From NCBI GenBank assembly GCA_035270825.1, contig DATESL010000028.1, positions 1,064 through 65,063 on the forward strand: DNA of 64,000 nt, in the 5' to 3' direction. This DNA comes from Candidatus Onthovivens sp. (GTDB lineage Bacteria > Bacillota_I > Bacilli_A > RFN20 > CAG-826). Position numbers and translations under genes: made by a program. Shown piece by piece: positions 1-8,668 of the stretch. The stretch's first letter is position 1, and each line of letters begins with the position of its first letter. The notes under the pieces are model-generated. The model saw nothing but the letters and a program-made list of their open reading frames with translations, was not told the origin of the DNA and did no database searches.

Positions 1-23
1 AAGAACCAATAAATAAAAAATGC

Positions 24-53
24 ATTAAAAAAAGACTTTGTTAAGTCTTTTTT
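24..53 (-). terminator. Rho-independent terminator downstream of rpmB (hairpin is symmetric and usable in both directions)
   Basis: Perfect 8-bp hairpin aaagactt (31-38) / loop tgtt / aagtcttt (43-50), flanked by an A-run and a T-run. Confidence 0.6.
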
Positions 54-57
54 AAAT

Positions 58-246
58 TTAGTTTGAAGATTTATTGAGGGTACGGTAAGCTCTTGCGCTC
101 ATTCTGACTTTCATTACTTCTCCATCAACTTCGACTTTGTAAGTTTGTAAATTGACGTTCCATTTTCTACGAGTAGCTCTTAATGAGTGTGAACGTTTAT
201 TACCACTTAGTGGTCCTTTACCAGTGATTGGACAAAATCTTGACAT
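58..246 (-). CDS. rpmB: 50S ribosomal protein L28
   Basis: 62 aa; MSRFCPITGKGPLSGNKRSHSLRATRRKWNVNLQ is the typical L28 N-terminus; GGAGG RBS upstream. Confidence 0.92.
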   Translation of the reverse strand: MSRFCPITGKGPLSGNKRSHSLRATRRKWNVNLQTYKVEVDGEVMKVRMSARAYRTLNKSSN

Positions 247-278
247 TTCGTGATACCTCCTTCAATTTGTGCTCACTT

Positions 279-307
279 ATAATATCATTGTCTTTGAAAA
301 TAGTCAA
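279..307 (-). promoter_or_regulatory. Candidate sigma-A promoter of rpmB
   Basis: On the minus strand: TTGACT (302-307), 17 nt spacer, TATTAT (279-284), followed by GGAGG and ATG. Confidence 0.5.
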
Positions 308-314
308 AAGAAAT

Positions 315-800
315 TTACTTGATTTTATTCTTTGGGAAGCGCTTATTATATTCTTCTTTCGAAATTAAATTATGAGCGTTCTCTTTTACTAAATGATAGA
401 GCTCTTTTTTAGTATCAAGGACGAAAAATCGGGTGTCACCTTTGGCAGTATAAATCATTAAAGTATTGTGTTTTAGTGTATAGGGATGATCAATATAGAG
501 GATATCCTTAAAATCATATATTAAAGTATTTTTGCCTTTATGTTGGATTAGGGTTGTTTTTGTAACTTCATAATAAGAATTATTTACTAAAAAGAATGAA
601 CCAAAAATAAAGGCAAAAATACTAACTCCTAAAATAATAACATCAATAATCACTTTAGAGATAACAAGCATTGAATTTTCATCTAAATATGAAAAACGCG
701 ATCCAAAAGCAAGAATCATAATTAGAACGAGAACAACGACAAAAGAGCCATAAATTGTAATCAATTTAGTTGGATTTGGTTTGATTTTTTTAACTTTCAT
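315..800 (-). CDS. Small membrane protein with two N-terminal TM helices and a C-terminal soluble domain, possibly bacterial PH-like (YdbS/DUF304-type)
   Basis: Hydrophobic segments LITIYGSFVVVLVLIMILAFG and VIIDVIILGVSIFAFIFGSFFLV, then an about 85-aa beta-rich domain (YYEVTKTTLIQHKGKNTLIYDFKDILYID...); no catalytic motif seen. Confidence 0.4.
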   Translation of the reverse strand: MKVKKIKPNPTKLITIYGSFVVVLVLIMILAFGSRFSYLDENSMLVISKVIIDVIILGVSIFAFIFGSFFLVNNSYYEVTKTTLIQHKGKNTLIYDFKDILYIDHPYTLKHNTLMIYTAKGDTRFFVLDTKKELYHLVKENAHNLISKEEYNKRFPKNKIK

Positions 801-927
801 AATATAAAAAACTATACATAAATTACATTGATTTGTAAATAGTAAAGTCGAGTTGAAAATCTATCATTTTTTCTTTATAAAAGTGTGCATTTTTGTTATA
901 ATTTTAAAAGTTAGGATTAATTGTTTA

Positions 928-2364
928 ATGAATCTATTTGATATTGTCTCTTATAACTATTTCTCATTATTTGCCGGAAAAAATAAGTCCATTTATATGG
1001 AAAGTTTGATGGTTCTTTTTAAGATGCTTGAAAACGATGAAACCTTTATTAAGAAAAATGATTTTTTAAAGGCTTTAAAAGAAAAAGCTGAAAATTTAAA
1101 TGCTTTTTCTTTTCAAGATGAAGAAGTCGATGGCAAAGATGATCTATTAATTCGTGAAACTATTGGGGCTAAAGCCAGTTTTATTATTAAAAGATTAGAA
1201 GAAACCGGATGGTTAGATATTGCAATTGATCCGGAAACATTTGAAGAAACAATCGTTTTACCGCCCTATTCAATTGCAATTTTAAAAGCCTTCTTTGATG
1301 TTATTAGTGATTCTGAGAGTCCATATTTAAGTTTGGTTCACTCTACTTATAGTGAATTAAAACTTGAGGATGAAGAACAAGATGATTTAATGTTTGCGAC
1401 TCTTTTAAGAAGCTATGAAAATACTAAAAAATTAAAAGTTGAACTGATTACTTTAATGCATTCAATTCGTATTTTTCAAAATCGTTTAGGAAAGAAATTT
1501 CAAACTAATGAAGTTCTTCATGATTTTTTTGATATTTATAAAAAACAAATTAGTGATCGTTATTACCATCCATTAAAAACATTTGATAGTGTTTCTAAAT
1601 TTAAAAGACCAATTATTCGTATTTTAGAAAAATGGATTAAGGATAAAGATATTCGTGCTAAACTAGTTATGCAAGCCTCATTTTCTTATCGTAATAATGA
1701 CCGTAATGAAATCGAAAATGACGTTATTACTAAAATTAACTATATTAGTGATACTTATGAATCACTTAATTCCATTATTTCAAGTATTGATAAAGAAAAC
1801 AGTTTATATACTAAAGCCAGTGCCAATAAGATTTTATATTTAAATAATACCGATAAAACAATCAAGGGGCATTTAGAAAATATTTTTAAATATTATGCTA
1901 AAAATACTCATGACCCTTATTCATTAGCAAAAGTTTTATCAAAGATGCAAGATTCCCTTTATTTTTATGAACAGGGATTTATTGATTCAGAGTCTTTAAC
2001 ATTACCGCTTTTACGACGTTTAAAAGAACATTCATTACCGCTTGAAATTGTTAATTTTGATGAAGCTAATGAGTTTATTATGGAACACTTTTTAGAAGAA
2101 ACTAAAAATATTTATACAGATGAGCGAATTTATCAGTTTATGGAAAATGCTTTTGGGGATTCAAATGAATTGAAATCAGCTGACATCCCACTTCTTAATA
2201 CTGATTCCTTTATTTGTTTAATTATGGCTACGATTAAAAGAAGTGATCCGCTTTGTTTCTATGTGATTGAAGAAAAAGAAAAGAAATACATTAAAAATCA
2301 TGAATATTTAATTCCTGATTTCTTGTTTAAAAGAAAAGAACACTTTAATGAAGGAGATGAATAA
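928..2364 (+). CDS. jetA: JetA/MksF-like (kleisin-type) subunit of a Wadjet/MksBEF-family SMC complex
   Basis: 478 aa counted from ATG 928. The track ORF starts at TTG 853, upstream of a TGtTATAAT extended -10 at 894-902, and would add an artefactual hydrophobic leader. First gene of a tightly packed 478/218/1121-aa triad whose order and sizes match JetA-JetB-JetC. No motif-level confirmation is possible by eye. Confidence 0.6.
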   Translation: MNLFDIVSYNYFSLFAGKNKSIYMESLMVLFKMLENDETFIKKNDFLKALKEKAENLNAFSFQDEEVDGKDDLLIRETIGAKASFIIKRLEETGWLDIAIDPETFEETIVLPPYSIAILKAFFDVISDSESPYLSLVHSTYSELKLEDEEQDDLMFATLLRSYENTKKLKVELITLMHSIRIFQNRLGKKFQTNEVLHDFFDIYKKQISDRYYHPLKTFDSVSKFKRPIIRILEKWIKDKDIRAKLVMQASFSYRNNDRNEIENDVITKINYISDTYESLNSIISSIDKENSLYTKASANKILYLNNTDKTIKGHLENIFKYYAKNTHDPYSLAKVLSKMQDSLYFYEQGFIDSESLTLPLLRRLKEHSLPLEIVNFDEANEFIMEHFLEETKNIYTDERIYQFMENAFGDSNELKSADIPLLNTDSFICLIMATIKRSDPLCFYVIEEKEKKYIKNHEYLIPDFLFKRKEHFNEGDE

Positions 2365-2366
2365 TT

Positions 2367-3023
2367 ATGTTTGAAGAAGAATTTAATAAACTGGTCAGAC
2401 AAGATCAACAAGCCTTTGCTCAAATTACAAATAAAATTTTAATTAAAGGATTTATAGTCCGTGATGTTTTTGATACTCGTGAGAAGATAATTCGTGTTAA
2501 TCCTGATTATCGTTTTATTGAAAGATTTTATGAATTAATTGAAGATTATTTAGAGTTTTCTGGTTGGCATATTGAAAAGGATTCGATGAATGGAGTTATT
2601 GCTTTAAGTAATAACTTTGAAGATAATCGTTTACGAATTGATCGAGAAACATCCCTTATTTTATTTGCTTTAAGATTAATATATGAAAATGAGAAGGAAA
2701 CATCCTCCCAATCTCAAATTGCAATCTTTTTAACTACAGCTTCACTTATTTCAATGATGTTAGAACACGGCATTACGATGCCAGGGAAACGAATTACGGG
2801 GCGCGGAGTTTCCAAGGCTTTAAGATTTTTGGCTTCTCATAATATTATTAGTAAAGTTAGTGGAAGTTATGATGAGGGGAATGTGGCCTTTTATATTTTA
2901 CCTTCAGTTATTTATGCAATCGATAATGATAAAATTGTTGCTATGAGTAAAATTATTGATGAACTCAAGGGCAGTGAAGAACAAACTGATTTAGGAGGTG
3001 CACTTGATGAAACTATTAACTAA
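2367..3023 (+). CDS. jetB: JetB/MksE-like (DUF4194-type) subunit
   Basis: 218 aa acidic protein. It starts 2 nt after the jetA stop with an AAGGAGA RBS inside the jetA 3' end, and its 3' end overlaps the jetC start. Size and position match JetB/MksE. Confidence 0.6.
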   Translation: MFEEEFNKLVRQDQQAFAQITNKILIKGFIVRDVFDTREKIIRVNPDYRFIERFYELIEDYLEFSGWHIEKDSMNGVIALSNNFEDNRLRIDRETSLILFALRLIYENEKETSSQSQIAIFLTTASLISMMLEHGITMPGKRITGRGVSKALRFLASHNIISKVSGSYDEGNVAFYILPSVIYAIDNDKIVAMSKIIDELKGSEEQTDLGGALDETIN

Positions 3024-6000
3024 AGTTAAGATTATTAACTGGCATTATTTTTGGAATGAGACTATCGAGATTGAACCAATCGTCTTTTTAACAGGATTAA
3101 ATGGAAGTGGAAAATCAACTCTGATTGATGCCTTAGAAGTTGTTTTACTTGGTGATACTACTGGACGTTCATTTAATAAAGCCGCAATGGAAAAATCTTC
3201 GCGTACATTACGTGGATATTTAAAAGGTGAATTAGGTGATTCCCTTGATGGAGGCTTTAAATATTTAAGAAACGGCCGATTTACCAGCTATATTGCTTTA
3301 GAGTTTTTTGATGATTTAGTAAATGCTCCTTATACATTAGGAATTTGTTTTGATTCTTATGATGATGGGAGTGAAGAACATCGTTTCTTTTTCCTTGACG
3401 ATGGGATTCCTGAAAATGAATTTATTGTTAATAATTTACCAATGGATTATAAAACTTTGGCAGATTATTTTTCAATCAATTATAAAGATAAATATAGGTT
3501 CTTTGATTCTAATCGCCAATATCAAGATTTCTTAAAGAAGAAAAGTGGCGGTTTAAAGGATAAATATTTTTCCCTTCTTAAAAAATCGACTTCATTTAGT
3601 CCAATTACTGATATTACAACCTTTATTACTGAATATGTCTGCGACCCACAATCTAATTTAGATTTAACACATTTACAAGAAAATATTATTCAATATAAAA
3701 GACTCGAAAACGAAGCTTTAGCTATTCAAAAACGCGTTGATCGTTTAGAAGAAATTGATAAAACTTATCAAGTGTTTTTAGAACACAAAAAGAATTTTAC
3801 AATTTCTAAATATATTATCGAACGATGTGAATTAGAAAACTCCTATCTCAAATTAGATTCTTTTAGAAGTTCGATTGAAGATAACAAAGGACGCATTTTA
3901 GAAATTGATGATCGTCTTGCTGATTTTTCAATAGCTTCGGGAGAATTAGAAAAGAAAAGAGTTCATTTAATTCAAGATAAAGCTAATAATAGTGCCGCTA
4001 AATTAACGCAAGAATTATCCGAGCAAAAAGTTGATACTGAACGTAAGATTTTTGCTATTAAAGAAGAAGTTAAAAGAGGTAAAGATTCTTTAAAAGCCTA
4101 TAATGAAAAATTTGCTAACGCTGCAGATTTACTTTTTAAAGATTTGAAAAATATCAACCGTGATATTTTAGATGATGATAAATTAGAAGAAATTACTTTG
4201 TTAATTGATGAATGTTCCAAGACTCTTTCCTTAACAAAAGAATTTAATAATAAATGCGAAAATCATCTTTTTGATTTAACTCGTGATGATTTTACGAGTT
4301 ACCGCAGCGGTCTAAGTGAATTTAAAAATAAAGTTTCTAGTTTATCAATTTCCCTTGCTCGTACAATCTTTAACATTGAAAAGAAAATCGGTTCTTTAAA
4401 AGATGAACAATTAAATATTAAAAAGGGAAATAAAGTTTATGATACCCGACTTGTTAATATTAAAACTCGTTTAGAAAGCGAACTTGCAAGTCGTTTTAAT
4501 AAACAAATTAGAGTAAATATATTTGCTGATTTGATCGATATTAAAGATTTAAGTTGGTCTAATGCAATTGAGGGATATTTATATAATCAAAAATTTAACT
4601 TGTTTGTTGAACCTAAGTATTATTTTGAAGCATATAAGATTTTAAAGAGATTGCTTGATGAATATCGTTATTTTGGTACAGCTTTAGTTGACCAAGAGCG
4701 TATTATTGAAAGAAATTATGAGATTGAAAATTTATCTCTTGCTGAAGAAATTAAAACAAGTGATGAAGGTGCCAGAGCTTATACTAACTTCCTGATTGGA
4801 AGATTATATAAATCTAATACACTAGAAGCAGCTCGTGATTCAAATAACGGAATTACCAAAGATTGTGATTTATATCGTAATTTTACTTTTTCTCGAATTA
4901 ATCCACGTTTATATCAAGAAAGCTTTATTGGTTCTAATTTAGATGAACGATTTGTTGAAGAGAAAGCTCGTCAAATGCAAAATAATATCGCTAATTTAAC
5001 AGGGTACCGTGAATTAACTAAAATTATAAATGCAGCTAACTCCCTTGAAATCATGTCAACTTATGAAATTGATAATTACTTAGATATTATTAAAAAATCT
5101 AGTGAGGTGAGCGGCTTAGAAGAGACCCTAAGTTTTATTAACTCTGAATTAAAAGAACATGATACAACTTTAATCGCTTCTCTTGATAAACGTTTAAGAG
5201 ATGTCGAAGATGATATCCGTGATATCAACTTTAAAAGAGAACAAATCATTGAAGAAAAAGGCGCTTTACAAAGAGAAATTTCTGCAATTAAAGAAGAAAA
5301 AATTGCTAATGAAGAAAGAATTATTAAAGAACGTGAAGAATCAATTAAAATTAACTATGATCCTTATTTAGTTGAAGAAAAAGCTCTTCCTTTATTTAAT
5401 GAAAAACGCACTGAAAAAGGAACATTAGAGATCTTCCAAGAATTTAATGCTAATTTATCACGCTTACAATATTTAGTTAATAACCTCTCTACTCAAATTG
5501 CAAAAGCAAAAAGAGATTATGTTAGTGAATATCATCTAAGTTTTGATTGTGATAAGGAAGATGGCGATGAATTTAGAAATGAATTAATCGATTTTAGAGA
5601 CGTTAAACTCCCTGAATATCAAGAAAAAATTAAAGACTCTTACCAAAAAGCAACTCAACAATTTAAAGATGACTTCATTTTTAAATTAAGAGGCGCAATT
5701 CAAGATGTTGAAGATCAAATTGAAAACTTAAATGAAGCTTTAAAACAATCCTCTTTTGGTCAAGATTTATACCGTTTCACAGTTAAGCCTTCAACAATTT
5801 ATAAAAGATACTATGAAATGGTCATGGATGACTTAATTTTAGAAGTGGGTGAAGAAGAAACTGCTTTTGTTGAAAAATATAAAGGAGTTATGGAAGATTT
5901 ATTCAAACAAATTGTTGAAACTGGTGAAGGGGATAAAAATTCCTTATTAATTGATAACATAAATAAGTTTACGGACTACAGAAGTTATTTAGATTTTGAT

Positions 6001-6372
6001 TTAATAGTGTATAATAAAGATAGTGGAGAAGAACAAAGACTTTCCAAGATGATTAAGAAGAAAAGTGGTGGTGAAACTCAAACCCCATTCTACATTGCTG
6101 TTTTAGCTTCATTTGCTCAATTATATCATGTTAATGATGATGGAGAATTAGCTAATACAACTCGTTTAATTGTTTTTGATGAAGCTTTTTCAAAGATGGA
6201 TCGTGGTCGTATCAAGGAGGCTGTTAAGCTTCTAAGAAAGTTTAATTTACAAGTTGTTATTTCCTGTCCAAGTGATAAAATCGCTGATATTACCGAACTT
6301 GTTGATCAAACTCTTGTCGTTTTACATAATAAAAATAGCAGCTGTGTTCGTCTTTATTCAAAGGAAAAATAA
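3007..6372 (+). CDS. jetC: JetC/MksB-like SMC-family ABC ATPase
   Basis: 1121 aa from ATG 3007, with AGGAGG at 2993-2998. Walker A GLNGSGKST (nt 3094-3120) lies in the N-terminal head LTKVKIINWHYF...FLTGLNGSGKSTLIDALEVVLLGD. About 700 aa of charged heptad-rich coiled coil follows. The C-terminal head carries signature KKKSGGETQTPFY (SGGE nt 6064-6075) and Walker B LIVFDEAFSKMD (D-E nt 6178-6183). Confidence 0.82.
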   Translation: MKLLTKVKIINWHYFWNETIEIEPIVFLTGLNGSGKSTLIDALEVVLLGDTTGRSFNKAAMEKSSRTLRGYLKGELGDSLDGGFKYLRNGRFTSYIALEFFDDLVNAPYTLGICFDSYDDGSEEHRFFFLDDGIPENEFIVNNLPMDYKTLADYFSINYKDKYRFFDSNRQYQDFLKKKSGGLKDKYFSLLKKSTSFSPITDITTFITEYVCDPQSNLDLTHLQENIIQYKRLENEALAIQKRVDRLEEIDKTYQVFLEHKKNFTISKYIIERCELENSYLKLDSFRSSIEDNKGRILEIDDRLADFSIASGELEKKRVHLIQDKANNSAAKLTQELSEQKVDTERKIFAIKEEVKRGKDSLKAYNEKFANAADLLFKDLKNINRDILDDDKLEEITLLIDECSKTLSLTKEFNNKCENHLFDLTRDDFTSYRSGLSEFKNKVSSLSISLARTIFNIEKKIGSLKDEQLNIKKGNKVYDTRLVNIKTRLESELASRFNKQIRVNIFADLIDIKDLSWSNAIEGYLYNQKFNLFVEPKYYFEAYKILKRLLDEYRYFGTALVDQERIIERNYEIENLSLAEEIKTSDEGARAYTNFLIGRLYKSNTLEAARDSNNGITKDCDLYRNFTFSRINPRLYQESFIGSNLDERFVEEKARQMQNNIANLTGYRELTKIINAANSLEIMSTYEIDNYLDIIKKSSEVSGLEETLSFINSELKEHDTTLIASLDKRLRDVEDDIRDINFKREQIIEEKGALQREISAIKEEKIANEERIIKEREESIKINYDPYLVEEKALPLFNEKRTEKGTLEIFQEFNANLSRLQYLVNNLSTQIAKAKRDYVSEYHLSFDCDKEDGDEFRNELIDFRDVKLPEYQEKIKDSYQKATQQFKDDFIFKLRGAIQDVEDQIENLNEALKQSSFGQDLYRFTVKPSTIYKRYYEMVMDDLILEVGEEETAFVEKYKGVMEDLFKQIVETGEGDKNSLLIDNINKFTDYRSYLDFDLIVYNKDSGEEQRLSKMIKKKSGGETQTPFYIAVLASFAQLYHVNDDGELANTTRLIVFDEAFSKMDRGRIKEAVKLLRKFNLQVVISCPSDKIADITELVDQTLVVLHNKNSSCVRLYSKEK

Positions 6373-6413
6373 TTATTTATTTTATATATCTATAAAGAGG
6401 AGGTAAATCTTAT

Positions 6414-7547
6414 ATGGGTGCAAAAATTGTTTCGATGATACTTGCAGGAGGAAAAGGGACAAGGCTTCAAGCCTTGACTAAAAAAATTGCTAAACCAGCA
6501 GTTTATTTTGGAGGCAGATATCGAATTATCGATTTTTGTTTGTCAAATACTGCAAACTCATCAATTAACGCTGTTGGTGTTTTAACACAGTATGAATCAG
6601 TTGTCTTAAATAATTATATAGGAAACGGTTCGAAATGGGGCTTTGATGGAGTCAATTCAATTTGTGTTCCGCTTGCTCCTCGTCAGACTGAAGAAGGTGC
6701 TAACTGGTATAAGGGAACGGCTGACGCTATTTATCAAAACTTAGATTTTTTAGATGATCAAAATCCAGATTACGTTTTAATTCTTAGTGGTGATCATATT
6801 TATAAAACAACTTTTGATGATATGCTTGATGTTCATATTAAAAATAAAGCTGCTTGTACAATTTCAGTTTTAGAAGTTGATATCAAAGAAGCTTCTCGAT
6901 TTGGAATTCTTGAGGTCGACGAAAAAGATCGCATCCAAAAATTCGTTGAAAAACCAAAAGAACCTAAATCAAACTTAGCTTCGATGGGTGTTTATATTTT
7001 CTCTTATAAAGTTTTAAGAGAACAATTAATTAAAGATCATAAAAATCCAGCAACAAACTTTGACTTTGGAAAAAATATTATTCCAAATATGTTAAAAGAA
7101 AATAAAAAATTAATGGCCTATCGCTTCCATGGTTATTGGAGAGACGTGGGAACTCTTGATAGTTTACATCAAGCTAACATGGAGTTATTACCATCAAAGA
7201 GAAATGATGAAACAATTGATTTTGATGCTTTCCCAACAATTTATAGTGAAGATACGCACTCTTTACCTCTCCGCATCCAAAAAGGTGCAATTGTTAAAGA
7301 TTGCTTAATCAATCAAGGAGCTGAAATTAGAGGAAGAGTTGAAGCCTCAGTTATTTCTAATGAAGTTTTAATTGAAGAGGGCGCTAAAGTTACTAATAGT
7401 GTTTTAATGCCAGGGGTTATAATTCGCAAGAATGCAAAAGTTCATAATGCTATTTTAGGTCCTAATACTCAAATTAAAGAAAATGAAGAAATCAATATCG
7501 ATAAAGACGATATTGTTTTAATCGACTATGAAAGGAGCTTACAATAA
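6414..7547 (+). CDS. glgC: Glucose-1-phosphate adenylyltransferase
   Basis: ILAGGKGTRLQALTKKIAKPAVYFGGRYRIIDFCLSN N-terminal motif; left-handed beta-helix C-terminus; strong RBS AAAGAGGAGG. Confidence 0.92.
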   Translation: MGAKIVSMILAGGKGTRLQALTKKIAKPAVYFGGRYRIIDFCLSNTANSSINAVGVLTQYESVVLNNYIGNGSKWGFDGVNSICVPLAPRQTEEGANWYKGTADAIYQNLDFLDDQNPDYVLILSGDHIYKTTFDDMLDVHIKNKAACTISVLEVDIKEASRFGILEVDEKDRIQKFVEKPKEPKSNLASMGVYIFSYKVLREQLIKDHKNPATNFDFGKNIIPNMLKENKKLMAYRFHGYWRDVGTLDSLHQANMELLPSKRNDETIDFDAFPTIYSEDTHSLPLRIQKGAIVKDCLINQGAEIRGRVEASVISNEVLIEEGAKVTNSVLMPGVIIRKNAKVHNAILGPNTQIKENEEINIDKDDIVLIDYERSLQ

Positions 7548-8668
7548 TGAATAAAGTAGTAGCCTTAATTAATTTGCACACCTCTCCTGAGCTGGGCTTA
7601 TTGACAGAAAAACGTCCACTTGCCTCAACTACTTTTCTTGGTAGATATGCCTTTATTGATATTGTTTTATCAAATTTAACTAATTCTGGAATTGATGATA
7701 TTGGAATTTTAGTTAAAGAGCGTTACCGTAGTATTATTAAACATATTGGCAACGAAAATACATATTTACAAAACTCTAAAACAGGATTTTTAAACTTCTT
7801 TATTAATGAAAAAGGAAGTCTTAATCCTACTTTTAATACTGATTTGAATAATATTAAAGAGAACGACTACTTTCTTTTTGATAAACACGTTGAATATGTT
7901 TTAATTGCTCCAACTGAAATTATTATGACTTATGATTATAAAAATTTAATTTCTGAGCATATTAAATCTGGTAAGAAGATTTCTGTTTTATATGGAACCG
8001 GAAAGAATAGTAATGGAACCTATAACGGACTAAGTTCAATTGTTGTTGATCCATTAAACAATATTCAAAAAATTGATCCAATTGATAAAGATAGTGATGA
8101 AGAATTAAATATTTCCTTAAAATCTTATATTATTAATAAAGATTTCTTAAAAGAAATTTTAGATAAATTCTCTAATATTTCACAAATCTTTAATATTTCC
8201 GATATGGTTTTATATATTACTAAATATTTTGAAAAAGTAAATGCCGTTAAATTTGAAGGCAAATTCCTTTATTTTAATACTTTTAAGAAATATTATGATT
8301 ATTCCTTTAAAGTACTTGATCAAGGGATTTCTTTAACTGATCCTCTTGTTCCAGACTGGGTTATTTTTACCACCACTCATAATACAAGACCAGTTTTATT
8401 TGGTCCTAAGAGTAAAGTTGAAAATTCAATTGTTTCCAATGGTTGTCAAATTGATGGAACCGTAAAACGTTCAATTCTTTCACGAAATGTTGTCGTTGAA
8501 GAGGGAGCAACTGTTGAAGATTCAATTATTTTTACAAATTGCTATGTTAAAGCTGGAGTCACTTTAAAAAATGTTGTCAGTGATAAACACGTTAAATTTG
8601 TTAACAAAAAGGAGATTGCTGGAACAAGTAGTGAGCCAATTTATATTCCTCAAGGAGCTAAATTATAA
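7547..8668 (+). CDS. glgD: Glucose-1-phosphate adenylyltransferase regulatory subunit GlgD
   Basis: GlgC paralogue lacking the GGxGxRL motif (LINLHTSPELGLLTEKRPLAS); its start overlaps the glgC stop (TAATG); position between glgC and glgA as in Firmicutes. Confidence 0.8.
   Translation: MNKVVALINLHTSPELGLLTEKRPLASTTFLGRYAFIDIVLSNLTNSGIDDIGILVKERYRSIIKHIGNENTYLQNSKTGFLNFFINEKGSLNPTFNTDLNNIKENDYFLFDKHVEYVLIAPTEIIMTYDYKNLISEHIKSGKKISVLYGTGKNSNGTYNGLSSIVVDPLNNIQKIDPIDKDSDEELNISLKSYIINKDFLKEILDKFSNISQIFNISDMVLYITKYFEKVNAVKFEGKFLYFNTFKKYYDYSFKVLDQGISLTDPLVPDWVIFTTTHNTRPVLFGPKSKVENSIVSNGCQIDGTVKRSILSRNVVVEEGATVEDSIIFTNCYVKAGVTLKNVVSDKHVKFVNKKEIAGTSSEPIYIPQGAKL

Noticed and set aside
853-927. Upstream extensions of track ORFs. 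These are jetA from TTG 853, jetC from GTG 2998, pepV from TTG 14230, ytpR-like from 16182, hydC from 20524, rplS from 46378, trmFO from 52280, frr from 57545 and dxr from 59174
   Set aside because: In each case an internal ATG with a proper AG-rich RBS gives the conserved N-terminus. The extension also overlaps a promoter -10 box or the upstream gene.
3535-3552. A second KKKSGG string in JetC (FLKKKSGGLKDKYF) resembling the C-terminal signature KKKSGGETQ
   Set aside because: It lies in the N-terminal head, just before the coiled coil. It lacks the following E-x-Q and the downstream Walker B context, so it is most likely coincidental.
6373-6413. A degraded jetD remnant downstream of jetC, or upstream of jetA (801-927)
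   Set aside because: The intergenic spaces are only 41 nt and 127 nt. They contain just an RBS and promoter-like AT-rich sequence, which leaves no room for even a fragment of an about 400-aa gene.
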